NCBI GenBank assembly: GCA_963808235.1
Contig: CAWEEQ010000004.1
Span: 288,001-352,000 of the forward strand
DNA: 64,000 nt
Direction: 5' to 3'
Source: an uncultured delta proteobacterium
GTDB lineage: Bacteria; Desulfobacterota; Binatia; Binatales; Binataceae
This document shows, in pieces, positions 56,827 to 64,000 of this stretch (positions are counted from its first letter, which is position 1; each line of letters begins with the position of its first letter). Both the position numbers and the translations under genes were made by a program. A model generated the notes under the pieces. That model worked only from the letters and a program-made list of their open reading frames with translations, searched no databases and had not been told where the DNA came from.

Positions 56827-58137
56827 CTAGCGGCCTTGCTGCGCCGCCTCCTGCATCGAGTTGGCGGTGAAGAAGGTCCTGTCCACCGCACCCATGTTGA
56901 TGTACCAGCACTCGCGCTCCGGCGTATCGCGCGCGGGCAGGTAGCACATGCTGGATTGCAGCGACTGGCAATCGAGCGATGACGCTCCCACGACGAACGA
57001 GCGTTTGAACGGGTAAATTGCGATGCGGGCATCCGGCACCGGACGATCGCGCTGGGTCAGCAGGTACATGAAGTTCTGAAACAACTCGCCTTTCTGATCG
57101 TAGGTGTCGACGTAGGGCTCGAACCAAACCTCCGAGTCCATGTACAGCATGTTTCTACCCTGCAGCGTATTGATTACGCCGTACCGGGGTAGCGCCTCGA
57201 GGATGTACATGTGTCGATATTCCCACGCCTCGGGGCAGGCACTCGCCTGGCCGTCCGTCGGGCATGCTACTTCCGGCGAGTGCTCCGCATGCACGCACGC
57301 AAGCATTTCCTTCTCGCCAAGGAACTTGTAGTCGTACGCTTCCGTCTTCGGATTGAAGCCGGAGTAGTGGTCCGGGTTCCATGCCGATATTCCGGTAGCG
57401 TCGCTCAGAACCCCTTCGTTGAGCCGCCGCACGCGTCGCGCGCCGGGGGTGTACGACCAGGAATCGTCGCCTCTCTTGGCATCGGAGTATCGGAACCGTA
57501 TCAGGCCCGAGCCGCGCTGCGTGGCAGGCGCGAGAACCGGATATAGCGCAAACAACCACAGCCGCCCGGTCAGCTTGAAGTCGGGATCCACCGGCATCGG
57601 TTCGACTTCGGTACGTCCGACCTCGCTGTATCCGGCGTAGTGGCCGACTTCGGTGTCATCGAGTTCGAGGCTGTTTGCCTTGCCCTTGGAAATGTAATGG
57701 GCGTTGCAGTCGAAGAAGCGCAGATCGTAATCGTCCGAAGTGATCGGGCGGAACACGTTGTTCCAGGCGATCTTGATCGCTACATCCGGATCGTTCGGAT
57801 CGATCAGCGGAAACGGCTGTCCCGCAACATAACCTACTGCCGAGCGATGATCTCTCGACAGCCGCACCTGCGCCGAATACTTTTCGGTCGCATCCTTATA
57901 AGGCGGCGGCCAGTCCACGCGCTGGGTCGGCACGATTTTCATTTCCATGCCACCCTGCACGCGCAGGAAGATTCCAGGCGATACCGCGTCCTTCACCTTT
58001 GCGGCATTCTCGGGGGTGATCATCTCCCCGGGTTTGACCGCCGCGTTGCCCGGCGCATACCAGATAGCCAGCGTCAGCACGATAGCGGCCGCGCTCAGAA
58101 GAGCGCGCTGAGTTTTGACTCGCACATCCATTCTCAT
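56827..58137 (-). CDS. DUF1329 domain periplasmic protein
   Basis: GAGGAGG RBS, signal peptide, ITPEN, GQPFP.IDP.DP, W.Y.PG.RRVRR, YDQKGEL. Confidence 0.85.
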   Translation of the reverse strand: MRMDVRVKTQRALLSAAAIVLTLAIWYAPGNAAVKPGEMITPENAAKVKDAVSPGIFLRVQGGMEMKIVPTQRVDWPPPYKDATEKYSAQVRLSRDHRSAVGYVAGQPFPLIDPNDPDVAIKIAWNNVFRPITSDDYDLRFFDCNAHYISKGKANSLELDDTEVGHYAGYSEVGRTEVEPMPVDPDFKLTGRLWLFALYPVLAPATQRGSGLIRFRYSDAKRGDDSWSYTPGARRVRRLNEGVLSDATGISAWNPDHYSGFNPKTEAYDYKFLGEKEMLACVHAEHSPEVACPTDGQASACPEAWEYRHMYILEALPRYGVINTLQGRNMLYMDSEVWFEPYVDTYDQKGELFQNFMYLLTQRDRPVPDARIAIYPFKRSFVVGASSLDCQSLQSSMCYLPARDTPERECWYINMGAVDRTFFTANSMQEAAQQGR

Positions 58138-58399
58138 CGGGGGGCCTCCTCGTTGCAGTCCGGGACTCGCCGCACCATTAGAAGCGGCTTCACCGATCAT
58201 TAGTCGGATTTCGCTTGAGACTCTAGACACATTTTTTGATTTGTGATCCTGACTCTGAGAGTCCCAAAAGTACCTCCCGATTTGCAAACGGAATGTGGCT
58301 CGCGGAAAAGTAAAATTAAAACTCTTTGTAGTTAAAACCATGCCGACGATTCGTTTGAATTTCTTCTCTTGTTCACGCAAAACTTGAACTCAGGACGCG

Positions 58400-58855
58400 A
58401 TGGAAACCCTGGATAACTCAACGCAACTCGAGCGAGGCCGTCGCGGCTGCTATCCGGTCTTCGCACTCGCGATCCTCTCGCTCCTGCTCATTTCGACCCT
58501 GACCGAAGCCCAGTGGACCGGCCGCGACGGATGGGTCGAGGAGCCCGCCGCCAAATCGCTCAACGTCGTAGGAGGCTCGGATCATGCCTACCTCGACCCC
58601 GCTTCGGTGCATCGCGGCGATGACGGCCTGGTCTATTTCAACGAAAGCTCCAACGTGTCGCGGCCCGAGGAAATCGGCAAGGTCGGCTTCATGAAGGACG
58701 CCTACGATTGCGCGAGGAACATCAAGTACATGTGCGTTGAGGTCGGCGACTGGCGCAACGATCCGAAAAGCACCGTCAAAGCTGCGAAAGATCCCGCACT
58801 GCCGATCTATCGCAAGTACCTTTGCGGCGATTCCGATCCGGCCCCCGGAAAATAG
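58400..58855 (+). CDS. Hypothetical secreted protein
   Basis: Hydrophobic N-terminal segment, YLDPASV, YDC, terminal YLC; strong GC3 bias. Confidence 0.65.
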   Translation: METLDNSTQLERGRRGCYPVFALAILSLLLISTLTEAQWTGRDGWVEEPAAKSLNVVGGSDHAYLDPASVHRGDDGLVYFNESSNVSRPEEIGKVGFMKDAYDCARNIKYMCVEVGDWRNDPKSTVKAAKDPALPIYRKYLCGDSDPAPGK

Positions 58856-58887
58856 TGCGTCTCCCGATGCGCCCTACGCGGCGCGAT

Positions 58888-59139
58888 TCATGACAGAGTA
58901 AACCTGTTCATGCGCATCGAGACTTCGTCGAGCGTCGGGAAACCGTTCGTATGCGTTCGGCGGTCGCCGAGCAGATGCTCCTTGCGATCGAGAAATTCGA
59001 CCAGCGCCCGCTTGACGTAATAATTCCTCTTGTGCCCCCTCTCGAGCGCAAGGTTTTCAAGCCGCCGTTTCGCTTCCTTCTTCGTCATCGAGCGGCGAAT
59101 ATAGATCACGAACCATCGTGTGCGAAGTTCCGACGCCAT
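58888..59139 (-). CDS. Ribbon-helix-helix (RelB/CopG-like) small protein
   Basis: IYIR...KRRLENLALERGHKRNYYVKRALVEFL...TLDEV. Start is uncertain. Confidence 0.55.
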   Translation of the reverse strand: MASELRTRWFVIYIRRSMTKKEAKRRLENLALERGHKRNYYVKRALVEFLDRKEHLLGDRRTHTNGFPTLDEVSMRMNRFTLS

Positions 59140-59190
59140 CTTTTCGCGAAAAAAATCACCAACCTGTGGATAAACGTCTCTCTTGTCTCT

Positions 59191-59250
59191 TACCTCGCCC
59201 GTAATTCACGGGAGAGGAGGGCCGACCGCTCTGGCGGTCGGTAGGTAAGG
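59191..59250 (+). repeat. REP-like two-hairpin repeat, copy 2
   Basis: TACCTCGCCCGT-aattc-ACGGGAGAGG then GCCGACCGC-tctg-GCGGTCGGT-AGGTAAGG. Confidence 0.75.
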
Positions 59251-59481
59251 ATTTCGCGACTCACTTGAGCGCAGCGAAGGACCCCGGATCTTTCTCGGCG
59301 CCAACAACATCACCATCCACTCACCGATCGATCACCGAACAGACGCGATTGCCAAAAGCTTCCACCACCCATGAAGGTCAACCATGACCCCTTTCTAAGT
59401 CCGCCTTTGGTAATTGCGAAATGGGATGACAAGTGCAATTGTAAGCGCTAACTCTTTTCTGATACCTGCAAGATCAAAGTC

Positions 59482-59733
59482 GTGGCAAAGGAGCGAACAT
59501 TGGAAATAGACAGAATCGTGGCAGACTTGAGGCGTGAGGCTGAGCGCATAGGCAAAGCTATCTCTGCGCTGTTGGGTTCGGCTGGCGCATCTGCAAAGCG
59601 CGGCCCCGGCGGAGCGGCCAAGGGCCCCAAGAAAAGGAAGCGGCGCGGCCGCCTCACTCCTGAAGGCAGAAGGCGGTTGTCGGAAGCTATGAAGAAGCGA
59701 TGGGCCGAGCGTAGGAAGATGAAGAAGGGTTAG
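59482..59733 (+). CDS. Small highly basic protein, putative nucleic-acid binding
   Basis: N-terminal coiled coil (IVADLRREAERIGKAISAL), KRGPG, C-terminal LTPEGRRRLSEAMKKRWAERRK. Confidence 0.75.
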   Translation: MAKERTLEIDRIVADLRREAERIGKAISALLGSAGASAKRGPGGAAKGPKKRKRRGRLTPEGRRRLSEAMKKRWAERRKMKKG

Positions 59734-59796
59734 CTAACCCCAAAATCGCGAAGGTCCTGATCTCCGCACCCTGCGGTCGCTGCTAGTACGATTGTG

Positions 59797-59827
59797 CCCC
59801 TTCCCCACTGGGGAAGGGGTCAGGGGT
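59797..59827 (+). repeat. REP-like hairpin
   Basis: CCCCTTCCCCA-C-TGGGGAAGGGG-TCAGGGGT. Confidence 0.5.
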
Positions 59828-59972
59828 TCGCCTAGAAGGTCGACGCACCCGGACTCGCGCTCGATCAGCGGACCAGCTACCCGTTTAGTGTCGGCGTTAG
59901 CTGTGCTGCCTCGCGCGAGTATTTTCCATAGCTGCGAGTCCTGTATCCAAGCCAACCGTCGGAGTAACCCCG

Positions 59973-60728
59973 GTGATCGAGCTATATCACGCCCACATTT
60001 CGACCTGCAGCCAGAAGGTCCGGCTGTGTCTTGCTGAAAAGGAGATAGCGTGGACCAGTCATCCGCTGGATTTCGCGAAGGCTGAGCATCTGAGTCCCGC
60101 CTATCTCGCGCTCAATCCGAACGGAGTCGTTCCGACCCTGGTCCATGACGGCCGTCCCGTGATCGATTCTTCGGTTATCTGCGAATATCTCGAAGAGATT
60201 GCTCCTAACCAGGGAACCGCGCTGATGCCCGCCACTGCTTACGACCGCGCGCGAGTCCGCGCGTGGTTGCGCTATATCGAAGAAGTGCCCACCGCCGCCA
60301 TTCGCGTACCGTCCTTCAACGGGCTCTTCCTGGGCGGCTGGAAGCGGATGAGCGACGCCGCTCGCGCCCGCTACATCGAAGCGACTCCGCTGCGCAAAGG
60401 ACACTACCGGCGCTTCGGTACCGATGGCTTTTCCACGGACCAGGTTGACGAGTCTGTTGAGCGGCTGCGCCAGACCGTTGAGAGAATCGACGTGGCAGTC
60501 GCGACAGAGTCGTCATGGATTGCGGGCGATTCTATCTCGCTTGCCGATCTGTGCGTCCTCCCAACCATCGTGCGGATGTCGGACATCGGCGTTGAAAACA
60601 TTTGGGCGGGCCTTTCCCAGTTCACGCTATGGTTCGATCGCATCAGATCCCGGCCATCATTCGAAAAAGCATTTTACAAAGGATCGCGCGTTGCTATCCC
60701 CGAACACGATCGATCCGCAAGCGCGTGA
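59973..60728 (+). CDS. Glutathione S-transferase family protein
   Basis: STCSQKVRLCLAEK, LNPNGVVPTL, DSSVICEYL, SLAD. Confidence 0.93.
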   Translation: MIELYHAHISTCSQKVRLCLAEKEIAWTSHPLDFAKAEHLSPAYLALNPNGVVPTLVHDGRPVIDSSVICEYLEEIAPNQGTALMPATAYDRARVRAWLRYIEEVPTAAIRVPSFNGLFLGGWKRMSDAARARYIEATPLRKGHYRRFGTDGFSTDQVDESVERLRQTVERIDVAVATESSWIAGDSISLADLCVLPTIVRMSDIGVENIWAGLSQFTLWFDRIRSRPSFEKAFYKGSRVAIPEHDRSASA

Positions 60729-60745
60729 CCCCAGCGCCCAATCCA

Positions 60746-61177
60746 ATGAAAGCAGGCACACTCATACTCGGTTCAATCCTCGTCCTGTTGTTCAACCTCG
60801 GAGTAACTACCGCCGAGGCTTCCGATCAGGCCGCAGTCGACAAGGCAACGATTGCCGCGGACACATGGCTGAAGCTCATCGACAACGGTGATTACAAGCA
60901 GAGCTGGCAACAGGCCAGCTCCGCCTTCCGGAACGCCGTCAGTGAAGATCAATGGACCCAAATGGTGGGCGCTGTCCGGCAGCCGTTGGGCGCACTCGTC
61001 TCAAGGAAGCTCAAGGGCGCGCAGTATTCCACCAGCCTCCCCGGCGCTCCTGAAGGACAGTACGTAGTGATCCAGTATGACGCCTCCTACCAGAATAAGA
61101 GTTCGGCGGTCGAAACCGTGACCCCGATGCTCGACAAAGACGGCCACTGGCGCGTCTCCGGCTACTACATCAAGTAG
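60746..61177 (+). CDS. DUF4019 domain protein
   Basis: WLKLID.G.Y..SW, R.PLG...SR, LPGAP.GQY, ETVTPM..KDG.WRVSGY. Confidence 0.88.
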   Translation: MKAGTLILGSILVLLFNLGVTTAEASDQAAVDKATIAADTWLKLIDNGDYKQSWQQASSAFRNAVSEDQWTQMVGAVRQPLGALVSRKLKGAQYSTSLPGAPEGQYVVIQYDASYQNKSSAVETVTPMLDKDGHWRVSGYYIK

Positions 61178-61209
61178 GCCCTCCCCGGGGGCAATGTGCG
61201 CGGAACTGC

Positions 61210-61263
61210 TTGACAGGCGCGTGGTTGCTGGTGTAAATCCGAACCTGAATTCGTATTCGGATT
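61210..61263 (+). promoter_or_regulatory. Putative sigma70 promoter overlapped by a 28-bp dyad (TetR operator)
   Basis: TTGACA at 61210, weak -10 near 61233, dyad AATCCGAA-cct-GAATTC-gta-TTCGGATT at 61236-61263. Confidence 0.6.
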
Positions 61264-61275
61264 CAAGGAGATCCC

Positions 61276-61641
61276 ATGCGCCGTTGTTTGATCACCGCCT
61301 TTGTCATCTGGCTCGTCGCAACCATCGTGCTGCGCTTCACGGGCCAGTACCTCCTGTATCCCGAGAGCCTGGTCGCTATCGCGGCATTGCTCCTTGTAAG
61401 TTTTCCGCTGATGGCCTTTATCGCGCGGCGGATCTGCGCCGACGCCGCACTGCCGCGCGAGCAATGGCCCGCCGCTGGAATTTTTCTCGTGATGCCTACC
61501 CTGGTGCTCGATACCTTCAGCACCGTTTTCTTTCCACTCGTCTATCCGAACATCCCGGAGCAGGCCGCCGGATTGTTCGGAGGATGGATGCTCTGTTGCT
61601 GCGCGGGCGCATTGCTCGGAGTGAACCTCGCGCGGCGATGA
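61276..61641 (+). CDS. DUF5367-like membrane protein
   Basis: AAGGAG RBS; WLVATIVLRF.GQ, P.LVLD, FGGWML; four TM segments. Confidence 0.75.
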   Translation: MRRCLITAFVIWLVATIVLRFTGQYLLYPESLVAIAALLLVSFPLMAFIARRICADAALPREQWPAAGIFLVMPTLVLDTFSTVFFPLVYPNIPEQAAGLFGGWMLCCCAGALLGVNLARR

Positions 61642-62324
61642 AGCGGCACCCGAAACGCAAGCGACCGCGTCGGAGAACCGCTACGCCGCGCCCGAGGCTC
61701 GCGCGGCCGGACCTGCTTGCGGGCGAGGAACTGGCGCGAGTGCCGTCGCAGCAGCGCAGCCGTATCAAGCGCGAAGCGATCCTCCATGCGGCAGTGGAAC
61801 TGTTCGCGCGCAGCGGCTACGAGGCGACTGCGATCGGCGACATAGTCACGCATGCGCGAACGTCGGTCGGCGGCTTCTACCAGTACTTCCGCTCCAAACG
61901 CCAGCTCTTGCTGGTGCTGATGAGCGAGCTCATGCAGAAACTGGAACAGATCGAGATGCAGCCAAGCGCGCAGGGCGATCTGAAGAGTGCGATCGAAAGC
62001 GTGCTGCGAGCTGGACTGGCTACCGACCTTGCCTACGCGGGCGCGTACCGAGCGTGGCGAGAGGCGATGCTGTCCGATCGGCAGCTCGCTGCTCTCGACG
62101 ACCAGATGCGAGCGTGGACGACGGGACGGCTGCGCGCTGTTTTCGAAATGTTGGCGCGTCTTCCCGGCGCTCGGCGCGCAGTCGACGTTTCTCTGCTGGC
62201 CGCGATGATGGATCGTCTCTTCTGGGATCTTCTCGCCAGCACTCTGAGATCCGACTCGCGCCTGATCGGTACGCTCGGCCACATCATCTACCACTCGCTC
62301 TTCGACGATCCGCCTCAAGTCTGA
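61638..62324 (+). CDS. TetR/AcrR family transcriptional regulator
   Basis: PSQQRS, AAVELF...GYEAT, SVGGFYQYFRSK. ATGA overlap. Confidence 0.92.
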   Translation: MKRHPKRKRPRRRTATPRPRLARPDLLAGEELARVPSQQRSRIKREAILHAAVELFARSGYEATAIGDIVTHARTSVGGFYQYFRSKRQLLLVLMSELMQKLEQIEMQPSAQGDLKSAIESVLRAGLATDLAYAGAYRAWREAMLSDRQLAALDDQMRAWTTGRLRAVFEMLARLPGARRAVDVSLLAAMMDRLFWDLLASTLRSDSRLIGTLGHIIYHSLFDDPPQV

Positions 62325-63052
62325 TGATCGTTGGCGGAAATAAATCGCAGCATCAAGTTCTGCAACTCCGTCCCATGCGGACCGAACAGGATCGCGGTGC
62401 CGTGAGCGCGGCCGGAGAAAACCTGGAACGACTTCGGCGCCTCGGCCAGCCGATAGAGAATCTCCGGCTGCCCCGCGACCAGAGGATCGTCCGCCGAAGT
62501 AACGAACAATATTGGCGCGCGAACCTGGCGCACCGCATCCTGCATGTTGAGACCGCCGAAGCTGACCGGCGTCGATATACATATGATGCCCGCGACCGGC
62601 TCGCGAGCCGCAACCAAAATCGCCGCTTCGGCCCCGAGGCTCGCGCCGGCGATGAAAATCCGCGACACGCGTGGACGGATGAACTGGTAGGCGGCTAGCA
62701 AATCGCCGTCGGCGAACTGGGTACCCACCGGTCCCTCCGATTCGGTGAAGCCGCGGAAATCGAAGGTCAGCGCCGTGTAGCCGTGCGCCGCCAGGACTTG
62801 TGCGAAGTCAGTCCAATCGGACTGATCGGCGGGAAACATATGCGCCAGGATGACGCCCGTCGCGCCGCTGCCATACAAATGCCCCCGCAGCACGATGCCA
62901 TCGGACGTCGTGAACGAGACGTGCTCTCCGCCGAGATCCTCAGGCTTTCGCTGAACGCTCTGCGCGGAACATCCCGCCGCTGCGATCGCGACTATTGCAG
63001 CCGCAGCGATCGCAGGTAAATTTCGCGATAGCCATCTGGCGCGACTACGCAG
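62315..63052 (-). CDS. Alpha/beta hydrolase, probable lipoprotein
   Basis: FDFRGF, GASLG, D (ADD), HG. The open frame extends upstream of GTG 62893 into a lipobox AAGC; start tentatively CTG at 63052. Confidence 0.8.
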   Translation of the reverse strand: MRSRARWLSRNLPAIAAAAIVAIAAAGCSAQSVQRKPEDLGGEHVSFTTSDGIVLRGHLYGSGATGVILAHMFPADQSDWTDFAQVLAAHGYTALTFDFRGFTESEGPVGTQFADGDLLAAYQFIRPRVSRIFIAGASLGAEAAILVAAREPVAGIICISTPVSFGGLNMQDAVRQVRAPILFVTSADDPLVAGQPEILYRLAEAPKSFQVFSGRAHGTAILFGPHGTELQNLMLRFISANDHQT

Positions 63053-64000
63053 GATGAGCGTGAACGCCGGGCGCCAAACGTTCGGCCGGTTCCAACAGTG
63101 GTTCGGTGTTCCACTTCTTCAATTCCGGCAATACGTACTTGGCAAAGCACTTGATACTGCGCTCGGCATCGACGTACGGCATCCCGGCGAAACTGAAGTT
63201 GAACATGACTGCGCTGGTATCGATCGTGTCCTTGATAAATTTAACCTTCTCGAGCACCTGGTCGGGAGTCCCCCACGGCATCAGGAGCGCGAAGTCACGC
63301 GCCGCGCCTTCCGCGCCATGCTTTTGAATGAACTTGCCGACGTGACTGTAGAATTCGTAGCTCTTCTTGGTGCCGAACTCAGGCGAGGCCATCTCGTAGT
63401 GCTTCATGACGGTTTGGTAGTTGGCCGTGATCCATTTCATTGCCATCTCTTCGGCGCGATCTTTGTTCTCATCGACAAAGCAGAAGCCGCCTGAGATTGG
63501 CTTCGGTGGCGGGACTGAGCCGTTAACCTCGCGCCAGACCTTGTGGTAAACCTCGAAATCGCTCTTCACCGCCTCCCACGGTTTCTGCGGAATCACCAGC
63601 AGGCCGACGCCGAGTTTTGCCATTATCGGCATCGACTCCGGCGAGACCGCTGCGGCGTAGGTTCGTCCCTTGAACGAGCGCGCCGGAAACGGCCGAATCT
63701 CGCGGCGCGGCTGGCGGGTATGCTTGCCGCCTTCCATGTATCCGTTCTCGAGCGCGTTCAATACCAACTCCGCATACTCGACGAACAGGTTGCGCCCTTC
63801 GTTCTGGTCGAGCCGGAAACCCTCATACTCAATTCTCGCAAGTCCGCGCCCGAGGCCGAGGATGACGCGCCCGTTCGAAACGTGATCGAGTAGTGAGACT
63901 TGCTCGGCGACGCGAATCGGATCGTGCCAAGGCAGCACCACGACGCCCGAACCCAGTTTCACATGCGAGGTTCTTCCCGCCATGTAAGACAGGAACTGCA
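63045..64000 (-). CDS. LLM-class flavin-dependent oxidoreductase, 5' end outside the window
   Basis: LGSGVVVLPWHDPIRVAE...LDHVSNGR...GLGRG, GTPDQV, FAKYVLP. Confidence 0.92.
   Translation of the reverse strand, partial: QFLSYMAGRTSHVKLGSGVVVLPWHDPIRVAEQVSLLDHVSNGRVILGLGRGLARIEYEGFRLDQNEGRNLFVEYAELVLNALENGYMEGGKHTRQPRREIRPFPARSFKGRTYAAAVSPESMPIMAKLGVGLLVIPQKPWEAVKSDFEVYHKVWREVNGSVPPPKPISGGFCFVDENKDRAEEMAMKWITANYQTVMKHYEMASPEFGTKKSYEFYSHVGKFIQKHGAEGAARDFALLMPWGTPDQVLEKVKFIKDTIDTSAVMFNFSFAGMPYVDAERSIKCFAKYVLPELKKWNTEPLLEPAERLAPGVHAHPA

Noticed and set aside
59165-59173. DnaA box as a sign of a replication origin
   Set aside because: Single box, with no cluster, no unwinding element and no dnaA/dnaN neighbours.
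1-64000. CRISPR array, prophage, IS element, or retron/anti-phage system
   Set aside because: I saw no regularly spaced repeats and no cas, transposase, integrase, reverse transcriptase or phage structural motifs.

Overview
GC-rich bacterial chromosomal segment, densely coding, with about 55 genes. The gene families (DUF1329, AurF-like diiron protein, LLM oxidoreductase, many GST/VOC/crotonase genes, P450) suggest a soil diderm such as Candidatus Binatota; this is inference only. A tRNA-Ser(CGA) at 1806-1895 is followed by a mosaic of accessory-looking genes: glycosyltransferases, an MFS transporter, a molybdopterin oxidoreductase, a truncated poxB, sdhCAB, the alpha-2-macroglobulin/pbpC pair, an Erm-like methyltransferase, and a tightly coupled operon of ABC-2 exporter + MlaC-like + MlaA-like genes. 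The remainder is mainly catabolic, detoxification and envelope genes. I saw no CRISPR array, integrase, transposase or phage gene. The most unusual signals are: (1) MlaC and MlaA homologues coupled to an ABC-2 exporter rather than MlaFEDB or an RND pump; (2) a Rieske oxygenase with reversed domain order; (3) a short Erm with candidate leader peptides; (4) a two-hairpin intergenic repeat whose two copies covary; (5) an in-frame TAG in an otherwise intact methyltransferase. All product calls come from motif recognition by eye; no database searches were run.
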